This document shows, piece after piece, positions 47,067 to 56,089 of a DNA stretch of 64,000 nt. The notes under the pieces are model-generated. The model was not told the origin of the DNA. It saw nothing but the letters and a program-made list of their open reading frames with translations, and searched no databases. Source of the stretch: Acutalibacteraceae bacterium (lineage in GTDB: Bacteria > Bacillota > Clostridia > Oscillospirales > Acutalibacteraceae); contig JAZLLB010000200.1 of the NCBI GenBank assembly GCA_045597925.1, forward strand, positions 13,574 to 77,573, read 5' to 3'. Both the position numbers and the translations under genes were made by a program. Within the stretch, counting starts at the first letter, position 1, and the number at the start of each line of letters is the position of its first letter.

Positions 47067-49454
47067 ATGACTGAAAACAGACATTATCTATCATTGGAGC
47101 TTGACAAGGTGCTTGAAAAGCTGGCGGCTCATGTTTCGTGCGAGGACGCGAAAATCATGGCACGGGAACTGCGCCCTGAAAGCTCACTGCCTTTGGCGAA
47201 GGCGCTTCTTAATCAGACGCAGGATGCTCATATGCTTCTCGCGCGCTTCGGCGGTCCCGCGTTTGGCGGACTTGTAAACGTAAACAACGCCCTTTTCAGA
47301 GCGGACGCAGGCAGTCTTCTCACGTTCAGAGAACTGCTTGATATTGCCGGCGTGCTTCATGTTATCAGAACAATCGTTCAGTGGCGCGGCACCTGCTCCG
47401 GCGTTGAAACCTGCCTTGATTCGCTTTTCAATGCTTTACAGCCGAACAAATTTCTTGAGGATTCCATAAAAAACGCTATTCTTTCTGAGGAGGAAATTTC
47501 CGATACAGCATCCCCGGCTCTTGCGGATATCAGAAGAAAAATCCGCATGCAGGAATCACACGTCAGAGAACAGCTGAGCAAAATCACAAGGAATCAGAAT
47601 ATTTCAAAATATTTGCAGGACAACATTATCACCATGCGAAACGGCAGGTTTGTTGTGCCTGTCAAGGCTGAGCACAGAGGTGAGATTCCGGGTCTTGTTC
47701 ACGATACCTCATCGAGCGGTGCCACCGTTTTCATCGAACCCATGGGCGTTGTTGAATCAAACAACAAAATCAAGCTCCTGAAAAATCAGGAGGCTGATGA
47801 AATAGAGCGCATTATCGCGGAGCTTTCCGCTTCGGCAGGTTCATTTGCGAAAAGTATTAAAGACAGCTACGAATGTGCCGTTGAGCTGAATCTGATTTTC
47901 GGTAAGGCACAGCTTGCGTACGCCATGAGAGCCAGTGCGCCAATACTCAACAATGAGGGTGTAATTGAGCTTAAAAGGGCAAGACATCCGCTAATTGATT
48001 CGAAAAAAGTTGTCGCGGTTGACATAAAGCTGGGCGGTGAATTTGACACGCTCGTTATCACCGGTCCCAACACAGGCGGTAAAACCGTATCTATCAAAAC
48101 AATCGGTCTGCTTTCACTCATGGCGATGTGCGGACTTATGCTTCCTGTTGATGACCGGAGTAAAATTTCCGTTTTTGACAATGTACTTGCCGATATCGGC
48201 GACGAACAGAGCATTGAGCAGTCACTTTCGACATTCTCATCTCACATAAAAAATATTATCGACATTCTGAATACAGCTGACGATAAAAGTCTTGTTCTCA
48301 TTGACGAACTCGGAGCGGGTACTGACCCGATAGAGGGCGCGGCACTGGCGATTTCAATTCTTGAGCAGCTTAGAAAGCAGGGAGCGAAAATCGCGGCGAC
48401 AACTCACTACGCGGAGCTTAAAGCGTACGCTTTGCAGACTGACGGTGTAATCAACGGCAGCTGCGAATTTGACGTTGCTACGCTCAAGCCTACGTACAGG
48501 CTTCTCATAGGTGTTCCCGGCAGGTCAAATGCGTTCGCTATTTCACAGCGGCTCGGACTTTCAGCCGAAATAGTCGAGCACGCGGGCAGACTTGTTTCAA
48601 ACGACAGCAATATGTTTGAAGATGTTGTTGAACGCCTTGAGGAAAGCCGCAAGGGTATGGAAAATGAGCGTCAGGAGGCTGAACGCCTTAAGCGTGAGGC
48701 TCAGGCTGAAATCGAAAAAGCAAAAGCCATGAAAGCGGAAATTCAGACCTTGCGTGAAAAAGAAATGGAAAAGGCGAAATCCAACGCCTTGAAGATAACG
48801 GAGCAGGCGAAGCGTGAGGCATACGCTATGCTTGACGAACTTGAAAGACTCAAAAAAGAGCAGGCAAAAGAAAAAGATGCCGCGGAAATGGCAAGACGCG
48901 CCAGAGCGGCAATCAAGCGCGGCGTTTCCGCAATTGACGCGGCGGCTGACCCCGTAGCGGAATACGGCAATGACGAGGATTACGTTCTGCCCAGACCGCT
49001 TGAAATCGGAGACAGCGTTGTGCTTGCGGATATCGGCGGTGAAGCGAGAGTAACCGCCCTTCCCAACAGCAAGGGGCTTGTTGAGGTGCAGATGGGTTCA
49101 ATTAAAACAAGAGTAAGGCTCGAAAATCTGCGCCTTGTTGAAAAGCAGAAAAAGCAGGACGTTCCGAAATACAGAAACGGCAGCAAAATGGATTCACGGG
49201 CAAATATGTCAGCTGAGACGCGACTTGATTTAAGAGGAATGACCGTTGACGAGTGTCTTATGACACTTGACCGCTTCATGGATTCGGCACTGCGTTCGGG
49301 GCTGAATGAATTTACGATAATTCACGGCAAGGGTACGGGAAAACTTCGGGCCGCCGTTAAGGATTACCTTAAAAAGAGCCCGTATGTAAAATCACATAGG
49401 CTCGGCACTTTTGGCGAAGGTGAAGACGGCGTGAGCATAGTAACACTAAGGTAA
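47067..49454 (+). CDS. mutS2: endonuclease MutS2 (MutS domain + C-terminal Smr)
   Basis: Walker A 'GPNTGGKT', 'DELGAGTDP', Smr 'LDLRGMTVDE...IIHGKGTGKLR'. ATG 47067 follows the recO stop. Confidence 0.95.
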   Translation: MTENRHYLSLELDKVLEKLAAHVSCEDAKIMARELRPESSLPLAKALLNQTQDAHMLLARFGGPAFGGLVNVNNALFRADAGSLLTFRELLDIAGVLHVIRTIVQWRGTCSGVETCLDSLFNALQPNKFLEDSIKNAILSEEEISDTASPALADIRRKIRMQESHVREQLSKITRNQNISKYLQDNIITMRNGRFVVPVKAEHRGEIPGLVHDTSSSGATVFIEPMGVVESNNKIKLLKNQEADEIERIIAELSASAGSFAKSIKDSYECAVELNLIFGKAQLAYAMRASAPILNNEGVIELKRARHPLIDSKKVVAVDIKLGGEFDTLVITGPNTGGKTVSIKTIGLLSLMAMCGLMLPVDDRSKISVFDNVLADIGDEQSIEQSLSTFSSHIKNIIDILNTADDKSLVLIDELGAGTDPIEGAALAISILEQLRKQGAKIAATTHYAELKAYALQTDGVINGSCEFDVATLKPTYRLLIGVPGRSNAFAISQRLGLSAEIVEHAGRLVSNDSNMFEDVVERLEESRKGMENERQEAERLKREAQAEIEKAKAMKAEIQTLREKEMEKAKSNALKITEQAKREAYAMLDELERLKKEQAKEKDAAEMARRARAAIKRGVSAIDAAADPVAEYGNDEDYVLPRPLEIGDSVVLADIGGEARVTALPNSKGLVEVQMGSIKTRVRLENLRLVEKQKKQDVPKYRNGSKMDSRANMSAETRLDLRGMTVDECLMTLDRFMDSALRSGLNEFTIIHGKGTGKLRAAVKDYLKKSPYVKSHRLGTFGEGEDGVSIVTLR

Positions 49455-49579
49455 TGCTAAGCAATTCGCGGCGCATGCCTTGCTTGAATATTATTCTGTC
49501 ATATCGCTCCAAAATCTCTTGAAATACGGAAGTATTTCTTCAAAATTTTGAAACAATCTGACGAAAAATCTTACTTCGC

Positions 49580-49614
49580 AATCCGCACACCTGAATTGCG
49601 CGGCATTGCCTTAA
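49580..49614 (+). repeat. intergenic hairpin-plus-tail element, copy closest to copy 2
   Basis: AATCCGCACA-CCTGAAT-TGCGCGGCATTGCCTTAA. The radical SAM ATG follows 17 nt later. Confidence 0.65.
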
Positions 49615-49631
49615 AATATGGAGATATACAA

Positions 49632-51476
49632 ATGATACCAACAGAAGCAGAAAAGGTTTTGCTGAAAGTTCAGAAGCCCGGAAGATATGTGGGCGGCGAG
49701 CTTAACAGCGTTATGAAAGATAAAAGCAAAATTGATTTGAGATACGCGTTTTGCTTTCCCGATACATATGAAATAGGAATGTCGCATCTGGGTATGAAAA
49801 TTCTTTATTCTGTCGTCAACAAACGTGACGACGCGTGGTGCGAAAGAGTTTTCGCGCCGTGGGTTGATATGGAGCAGCAGATGCGTGAAAACAACATACC
49901 TCTTTACGCTCTTGAAAGCGGAGACCCGGTTAAGGATTTTGATATGGTCGGCTTTACGCTTCAGTACGAATTGAGTTATTCCAATGTGCTGAATATGCTT
50001 GATTTAGCAGGTATTCCGCTTTATTCAAAAGAAAGGGAAAGCCTCACACCTCTTGTTGTTGCGGGCGGACCGTGTGTATGCAACGCAGAACCGATTGCGG
50101 ATTTTATTGACGTCATCATGCTCGGTGAAGGTGAGGATACCACAAACGAGCTGCTTGATTTACTGAAATATCACAAACAGAAAGGCTCGTCAAAGCATGA
50201 GTTCCTTTGTGATATTGCTAAGCTTGACGGCTTTTATGTTCCGTCGTTTTATGACGTTGAATACAATGAAGACTGCACGGTAAAAAGCGTAACTCCCAAA
50301 TATACCGCACCGAAAAAAGCGGTCAAAAGAGTTGTCAGCGACCTTGATGCCGCTCACTATCCGGAAAGCTTTATTGTTCCGTCAATTGAAATTGTTCATG
50401 ACAGAGTAACTGCTGAAATTTTCCGCGGGTGCATCCGCGGCTGCCGTTTCTGCCAGGCGGGATTCATATACAGACCCATAAGAGAAAAAAGCGCGGATGT
50501 TGTGAACGAGCAGAGCAAAAGTCTGTGCAGAACAACAGGATATGACGAAATTTCTCTCTGCTCTCTGAGTACAAGCGACTACACCGAAATCGAACCGCTG
50601 CTTGATAAAATGCTCAGCTGGACGGTCGATAAAAAAATAAACGTGGCTTTGCCGTCTTTGAGAGTTGATAACTTTTCGGAGGAGCTTATGCAGAAGCTGA
50701 CGGCTGTGCGCAGGAGCGGTCTTACATTCGCCCCCGAAGCGGGAACACAGCGGCTGCGTGACGCCATAAACAAAAATGTAACAGAGGAAGAAGTTATGGA
50801 AACCGCAAGAAAGGCGTTTTCCGGCGGCTGGACAGGAGTTAAACTCTATTTCATGATAGGTCTTCCCACAGAAACTTTTGACGATGTGGCGGGTATAGCG
50901 GAGCTTGGTCAGAAAGTCGTAAATGAATTTTACAACAACCCCGACAAGCCTAAGGGAAAGGGCGTTACGGTAAATATCAGTGCGTCTTCTTTTGTACCCA
51001 AGCCGTTCACACCTTTCCAGTGGGAGGCGCAGGATACCATGGAGCAGCTTGAGGAAAAACAGCAGCATCTTATGGCGAGTGTCAGGACAAAAAAAATAAA
51101 CATCAGCACTCATTTTACCCTCACCAGCTTCCTTGAGGGAGTGTTCGCGCGGGGTGACAGACGTCTTTCAAAGGTTATGGAATGTGCGTGGAAAAAAGGC
51201 TGCCGTTTTGACGGCTGGGACGATCAGTTCCGCTTTGATTTGTGGACTGAAGCCTTTGAGGAGTGTGGAATAGACCCGAAATTCTACGCCAACAGAAAGC
51301 GTGAATTCACTGAAATTCTGCCGTGGGATCACCTTGACTATGGTGTGAGTAAGAAATTTCTTATAAAAGAAAACGAAAAAGCTCACAGAAGCGAAACAAC
51401 GCAGAACTGCCGTCAGAAATGCGCAGGCTGCGGAGCGAATAAGCTCAACGGAGGTAAATGTCATGCGATGTGTTAG
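49632..51476 (+). CDS. B12-binding-domain radical SAM protein (TIGR03960-like)
   Basis: Cluster motif 'CIRGCRFCQAG' and N-terminal 'KPGRYVGGELN'. GGAG SD before ATG 49632. Confidence 0.85.
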   Translation: MIPTEAEKVLLKVQKPGRYVGGELNSVMKDKSKIDLRYAFCFPDTYEIGMSHLGMKILYSVVNKRDDAWCERVFAPWVDMEQQMRENNIPLYALESGDPVKDFDMVGFTLQYELSYSNVLNMLDLAGIPLYSKERESLTPLVVAGGPCVCNAEPIADFIDVIMLGEGEDTTNELLDLLKYHKQKGSSKHEFLCDIAKLDGFYVPSFYDVEYNEDCTVKSVTPKYTAPKKAVKRVVSDLDAAHYPESFIVPSIEIVHDRVTAEIFRGCIRGCRFCQAGFIYRPIREKSADVVNEQSKSLCRTTGYDEISLCSLSTSDYTEIEPLLDKMLSWTVDKKINVALPSLRVDNFSEELMQKLTAVRRSGLTFAPEAGTQRLRDAINKNVTEEEVMETARKAFSGGWTGVKLYFMIGLPTETFDDVAGIAELGQKVVNEFYNNPDKPKGKGVTVNISASSFVPKPFTPFQWEAQDTMEQLEEKQQHLMASVRTKKINISTHFTLTSFLEGVFARGDRRLSKVMECAWKKGCRFDGWDDQFRFDLWTEAFEECGIDPKFYANRKREFTEILPWDHLDYGVSKKFLIKENEKAHRSETTQNCRQKCAGCGANKLNGGKCHAMC

Positions 51477-52137
51477 AATCCGTTTCAGTAAAGCAGGCAG
51501 AATGATATATGTTTCGCATCTTGACGTTAACCGTATGATGACAAGAGCCGTGCGCCGTGCCGAGCTGCCGATGTGGTATACCGAGGGATTCAATCCGCAT
51601 CCGTATATTGCGTTCGCGCTGCCGCTGTCTCTGGGTCAGAGCAGCAGCTGTGAATATATGGATATAAGAATTGAATCCGACATGACAAATGACGAGGTTA
51701 ACAAAAGGCTTTCCTCTGCTATGCCGGAGGGTGTTGAAATAGTATCCGTTACAGACCCTGTATATAATATAAATGAAATTTCCGCCGCGGAATATCAGGT
51801 AAAACTGATTTTTAATTCAGAAGATGAAGCAGATGCTTTCGGCAAAAAAGCCGAAGAGCTTATGAACTCAGAAGAACTCACGGCGGAAAAGATGGGTAAA
51901 AAAGGTCACAGAAAGGTTCTTAAGCAGGTTAACCTTATTGAACAGATTTTTGAAAAGAATGTTGAAATTCAGAATAGTGCGGTTGTTATGAATCTTACGG
52001 TTGCGGCAGGAAGCTCCGTGAATCTCAATCCGTCTCTTCTGATTGAAACGCTTGAAAAGCAAACGGGAAATTTCTCTGATTTGCAATATATTGAAAGAAA
52101 AAAACTGATTACCGGCAGCGGCGTGAGCTTTTGCTGA
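51463..52137 (+). CDS. radical SAM-associated DUF2344 (TIGR03936-like) protein
   Basis: 'RIRFSKAGRMIYVSHLDVNRMMTRAVRRAELPMWYTEGFNPHP'. 14-nt overlap with the radical SAM gene. Confidence 0.8.
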   Translation: MRCVRIRFSKAGRMIYVSHLDVNRMMTRAVRRAELPMWYTEGFNPHPYIAFALPLSLGQSSSCEYMDIRIESDMTNDEVNKRLSSAMPEGVEIVSVTDPVYNINEISAAEYQVKLIFNSEDEADAFGKKAEELMNSEELTAEKMGKKGHRKVLKQVNLIEQIFEKNVEIQNSAVVMNLTVAAGSSVNLNPSLLIETLEKQTGNFSDLQYIERKKLITGSGVSFC

Positions 52138-52187
52138 ACCGCAAATTCCGGCATATAAAAATTGTTCCGTAAATTGAGGTGTTATAA

Positions 52188-53417
52188 ATGGCAAATCCAA
52201 AAAGCAAGGTTCTTCCGGGAATTATCGAAGTATATCTTTTTGTCCTTGTAGCTTTCTGTTTTGATGCATTTTACAGGAACTTTATGGGTGATGCGTCAAT
52301 TCTCGGAAACAATCTATACGGTTATGTTCTGGGCCTTGTGTCTGTCGGCGTTGCCTGCGTTGCCAAGAAAAAAAACGTAAAGTCATACGGTGTTATTCTT
52401 AATCCTAAAGCTATTTTTAAAGGAGTGTACAGGGGCGCGCTTTTTTCGCTGATTCCCACGGCGGTTGTTGCGGGATTTTCCGCTTTAATATATGCGGCTT
52501 TTGATTTTGAGTGGGCGAAGGTGCAGTTTGTTACGCCCAATCATAACTATGCAGGTGATGTCAGTACACCTATCACCATAGCTGCTTATTTAATCTCAAC
52601 GATTATATGTGTTTTCGCAAAAGAATTTTTCTTCAGAGGCTATGTTATTAAAACAGCCCGCTCGGTTTATATGTTCTTTGATGCGAATGCTATTCAGATT
52701 GCTCTTTACGTTCCGATGATGCTTATACTTCACGCGAAAAATATAGCTATGCACCAATATTCGGGAGATATGATGAATCCCGCACTGATGATATCAATAG
52801 GCGTATTCTGGTTTGTTCATGAATTTATAACCGCGCTTAAGTGGGGACTTTTGGCAAGAGTAACAAGAAATATATGGGCTTCATATTTTGACCATTTTTT
52901 CTATAATTTCATTACCTACTCTCTGCTTTTCAGCCAATCGAAAATAACAAATTATCCAACAATGGTGAAACTTCTGATTGTCCAGATTATTTCACTGATA
53001 ATGGTATGGTATTTTTATAAAAAGAAGCGTATCGAAAGAAAGCAGAAAAAACTTCAGCACGAATATGAAAAAATCGAAAAAAGACACGAAAACAGTGAAA
53101 AACACGCATTGAAATCAGAAGAAATTAATGAAAGGCATGCGAAAAAAAATCAGGAAATTCTTGAGGATTACAATGAAGGCGGTGTTCAGAAAAGAATTGA
53201 TGATTTCTCGAACTCGAACCTGCTTCGGCACAGACATATATCATCTAAATCCCATGATTATAAAGACGAAAAGCTTATGGATTTAAAGGATATAGAAGTT
53301 GATAAATTTTACTATGAATACGCAAAAGAGATTGAGCGTAATCATCAGAATAAAAAAGAGACTGCCGCTGAAAAACTTCAGCAAAGTATATCTAAAGACA
53401 AAAAGCATAATAAATAA
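52188..53417 (+). CDS. CPBP (CAAX/Abi) family intramembrane protease with ~130-aa K/E/H-rich C-terminal tail
   Basis: Motifs 'KEFFFRGY' (E-x3-R), 'FWFVHE' (F-x3-H) and 'DHFFYN' (H-x3-N). Confidence 0.7.
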   Translation: MANPKSKVLPGIIEVYLFVLVAFCFDAFYRNFMGDASILGNNLYGYVLGLVSVGVACVAKKKNVKSYGVILNPKAIFKGVYRGALFSLIPTAVVAGFSALIYAAFDFEWAKVQFVTPNHNYAGDVSTPITIAAYLISTIICVFAKEFFFRGYVIKTARSVYMFFDANAIQIALYVPMMLILHAKNIAMHQYSGDMMNPALMISIGVFWFVHEFITALKWGLLARVTRNIWASYFDHFFYNFITYSLLFSQSKITNYPTMVKLLIVQIISLIMVWYFYKKKRIERKQKKLQHEYEKIEKRHENSEKHALKSEEINERHAKKNQEILEDYNEGGVQKRIDDFSNSNLLRHRHISSKSHDYKDEKLMDLKDIEVDKFYYEYAKEIERNHQNKKETAAEKLQQSISKDKKHNK

Positions 53418-53422
53418 ACAAA

Positions 53423-53468
53423 AGCAATCTTAAGGCAACAAAAACGTTTCCTCAAGATTGCTTTTTTT
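53423..53468. terminator. bidirectional terminator between the CPBP gene and the phage-like operon
   Basis: AGCAATCTTAAGG / CCTCAAGATTGCT (one mismatch), flanked by A/T runs on both sides. Confidence 0.75.
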
Positions 53469-53479
53469 AAACTGATTAT

Positions 53480-54313
53480 TTATTTAATCGCGATATAGCA
53501 ATAAATTCTGCCTGCTTCATTGAGCATGGTTCTCGTGTTTCCCTCAACATCTGTATGAATCGTGAAGCCTGATGACAGTATTGAAATCCCCTGTGTGCTG
53601 TAGCTGTCTGAGCCGAATCCGAACTGCGGACTTACAGTCTGAGTTTCAAAATCCATTTCAAAAGGAGTACTGTCATAGCAGAAAAGCATCATAAATTTCG
53701 GTTTGAATCCGATATTTATTACTCTGCTTGCTGTTCCGGTTCCGAAATAATAACCAACAAGCACCGGTGAATTCCATTTTTCCTTATCTTCCGCTGTAAC
53801 ATGAATGGCTGCATCATTAAGATGAGAGCCGCAAAGGAAATTCTTATCCATAAATGAGAAGAAATTCTCGTCGGCTACCTCAGCGGGGCAGAAATCAGCG
53901 CTTATTCTGAAGCTGGCTGTTAAAACCAGCGCACTGGTATCTCTGTCTGACTGAATTTCATCGCACACCGACTCGGTTATATTAAGGTCGGTGTTAAATG
54001 TCAGCTCATTAATGATTTTGGTGAAAATCTCATGACACGCAGAACCGCCGTAGGAATACGGAACGCAGATGCTGAGTCTTGCATTGATATCTGCCGAACG
54101 GCAGTATTCCTGACGTTCAAGTACGCCGTCATCGTTTTCAATAAACTTATCGATGATTTTCATATCTCTGATGCCGACGGCAACAATAGCTTTTTTTAAA
54201 GGAACAGCCTTGTTTATGGGCGGAAACTCCGTGAAAAAATTAATATCTTCAAGCTGCTCTCTTTCTGAAAGCCATTCTACTATTCTTGACGGTAAAGCAA
54301 TAATTGAATCCAT
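53480..54313 (-). CDS. phage neck/tail-completion-like N-domain fused to an unknown C-domain (277 aa)
   Basis: Last gene of the head operon (TGATG overlap, GGAGGTGG SD). The position corresponds to the gp17/gp10-type slot after the stopper. Assigned by position only. Confidence 0.4.
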   Translation of the reverse strand: MDSIIALPSRIVEWLSEREQLEDINFFTEFPPINKAVPLKKAIVAVGIRDMKIIDKFIENDDGVLERQEYCRSADINARLSICVPYSYGGSACHEIFTKIINELTFNTDLNITESVCDEIQSDRDTSALVLTASFRISADFCPAEVADENFFSFMDKNFLCGSHLNDAAIHVTAEDKEKWNSPVLVGYYFGTGTASRVINIGFKPKFMMLFCYDSTPFEMDFETQTVSPQFGFGSDSYSTQGISILSSGFTIHTDVEGNTRTMLNEAGRIYCYIAIK

Positions 54314-54660
54314 CAGTCCACCTCCACAACTTCTCTGATAATTGCCCAGATATACACCGGGTTTTCCGAATAATAAACCTTTTCGGCTCGGTCGATTGTG
54401 TATTTCACGCCGTCACATTCGACAAGACCCGTAAGAGTGTCAAGCTCGGTCAGGTCATGCTCAGGAGGACCTATATAAAGATATTTTCCCTGATTATCAA
54501 AACCAATAACCGTATATACGCCGTCAAGATACATCTTGTTTTTATATCTCAGCGGCTGAATAAAACCGTGAAACACAGGTGAACGCCAGCCGTCTTCTGT
54601 ACTGAGAGTTATTTCTCTGCCGAATTTATCAAACATCTTTTTAAAGCTCGGCGTTCTCAT
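54313..54660 (-). CDS. phage head-closure / head-tail joining protein-like (115 aa)
   Basis: Size, position and the pattern 'F.GFIQPL..........G.....Y.......D......V..DGVKY.I' are typical of head-tail adaptor (stopper) proteins. ATGA overlap. Confidence 0.5.
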   Translation of the reverse strand: MRTPSFKKMFDKFGREITLSTEDGWRSPVFHGFIQPLRYKNKMYLDGVYTVIGFDNQGKYLYIGPPEHDLTELDTLTGLVECDGVKYTIDRAEKVYYSENPVYIWAIIREVVEVD

Positions 54661-55037
54661 ATGTCAACCTTTCCGACAAAGAAGCCGTTGTCGTCCATAA
54701 GCGGAATCAGTTTTACGGCGGCTTCTTCACACAGCACCTTTGCGGATTTTATTTTTTCATCAGACGCTCCTATATCATGTGAAACACTCACATCTCCCGC
54801 TTTGAATGACGTAATACTGTCATAATCGGCGGATTTTTCTTTTATGCAGAGCATATAAAACGCTCTTGCCGCCGCTGCCGAAATCACTCTCGGGTCGGCA
54901 AAATCAGCACCTCTTTTAAGCTCTTTTTTCAGTGAATCAAAGCACTGCCTGCACAAATCAACTGTCTGCTGATAATCGTCATTACTCACATCAGTGAGGT
55001 GCTTCAATGCGTCAAAAACGTCAAGCTCGTTTACCAT
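54657..55037 (-). CDS. phage gp6-like head-tail connector/adaptor-like (126 aa)
   Basis: Immediately downstream of the capsid gene. N-terminal 'ALKHLTDVSNDDYQQTVDL' resembles the connector 'LK.HLRVD..DD' start. Confidence 0.5.
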   Translation of the reverse strand: MVNELDVFDALKHLTDVSNDDYQQTVDLCRQCFDSLKKELKRGADFADPRVISAAAARAFYMLCIKEKSADYDSITSFKAGDVSVSHDIGASDEKIKSAKVLCEEAAVKLIPLMDDNGFFVGKVDI

Positions 55038-56074
55038 TCCGCGCCTGCTTCCAACGCCATTACACCGCTTGCGCCTTCAAAGATTTTAGCGAAGCCGTCG
55101 ATTGATGTTATAACAACCTGCTCAAGCTGATGGTCGATAACTTTTCCGTATTCAACCTCGATATCGCCGACCTTGAGATGCTCGAGAGCACAGCTTCTGT
55201 CCAGACCCACAATTGCGGAAGCGGGAACAAGTCCCTTTGCCGAAATAAGGTCAGCACCGAACGGGGAGATAAGTTTGCCTGTTCCGTGGCAGTTGAGACC
55301 TGCGGTTGAATCTCTGAATTCATCCATCTTGATAAGTGTTGCCGCAACAGCGGGAGTGGTAACAAGAGTTGTGAGTTTATACGGTGAGAAACCTGCCCAG
55401 AAATCAACAAGATTGTTGAATGTAAATGAGCTGACCTCATCAACGGTAACGGCGTTTGTTCCTTCCTCGTCATCACCGTCATAGATTGTTTTCATAGCGT
55501 CAACTGTGATGTTGTGAGCCATTGCGGCGCCGATTTTCTTAAGAGCAACAGCGACAACGTCAAGATGCTGAAAACGGATTGCGTCATATGAAGCGGAGAA
55601 CATCTTGCCTCTTTTACGAAGGCTTACAAGACGGTCGCCGATGGTGTACTGTGCTTCAGGTACCTGTCCGCCTTCCGCGAGACCTGTCCAGAGTGCTCTT
55701 TTCTGAGCGTCAGTAGCTGTGTCAAAATCGAGCTTGAAATCAACAGCTCTGTAGTCCATAGAATCAACATTTGTTGTGCATGCGACAATGCTTGAAAGGT
55801 AGTTTGCCTCCTCAATTCCGCAGCGGATAACTCTTGTGAGATATGCGGGGAAAAGCACCGCGGCACCAGATGTCTGGAAGAACTTTCCTACAACACTGCT
55901 GTCGGGTCCTGCGACTTTGATATCGAATCTTTTAAGCTGACGCTGAAACGCGTCAAGACCTTCAAGAGAAGTTCCCTTATAGTTTTCGGAAGGGTCAACC
56001 TCTTCAAGCATCTGTGTAAAAGTGCGGCCGTTGCCGTACATCCCTTTTTCGAGTCTTATATTATCAAATGACAT
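55031..56074 (-). CDS. phage major capsid protein (HK97-fold type)
   Basis: 347 aa in the slot after the protease/scaffold. AGGAGG SD. Composition and length are typical of small HK97-like capsid proteins. Confidence 0.75.
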   Translation of the reverse strand: MSFDNIRLEKGMYGNGRTFTQMLEEVDPSENYKGTSLEGLDAFQRQLKRFDIKVAGPDSSVVGKFFQTSGAAVLFPAYLTRVIRCGIEEANYLSSIVACTTNVDSMDYRAVDFKLDFDTATDAQKRALWTGLAEGGQVPEAQYTIGDRLVSLRKRGKMFSASYDAIRFQHLDVVAVALKKIGAAMAHNITVDAMKTIYDGDDEEGTNAVTVDEVSSFTFNNLVDFWAGFSPYKLTTLVTTPAVAATLIKMDEFRDSTAGLNCHGTGKLISPFGADLISAKGLVPASAIVGLDRSCALEHLKVGDIEVEYGKVIDHQLEQVVITSIDGFAKIFEGASGVMALEAGAEW

Positions 56075-56089
56075 TAAAAAACCTCCTGA

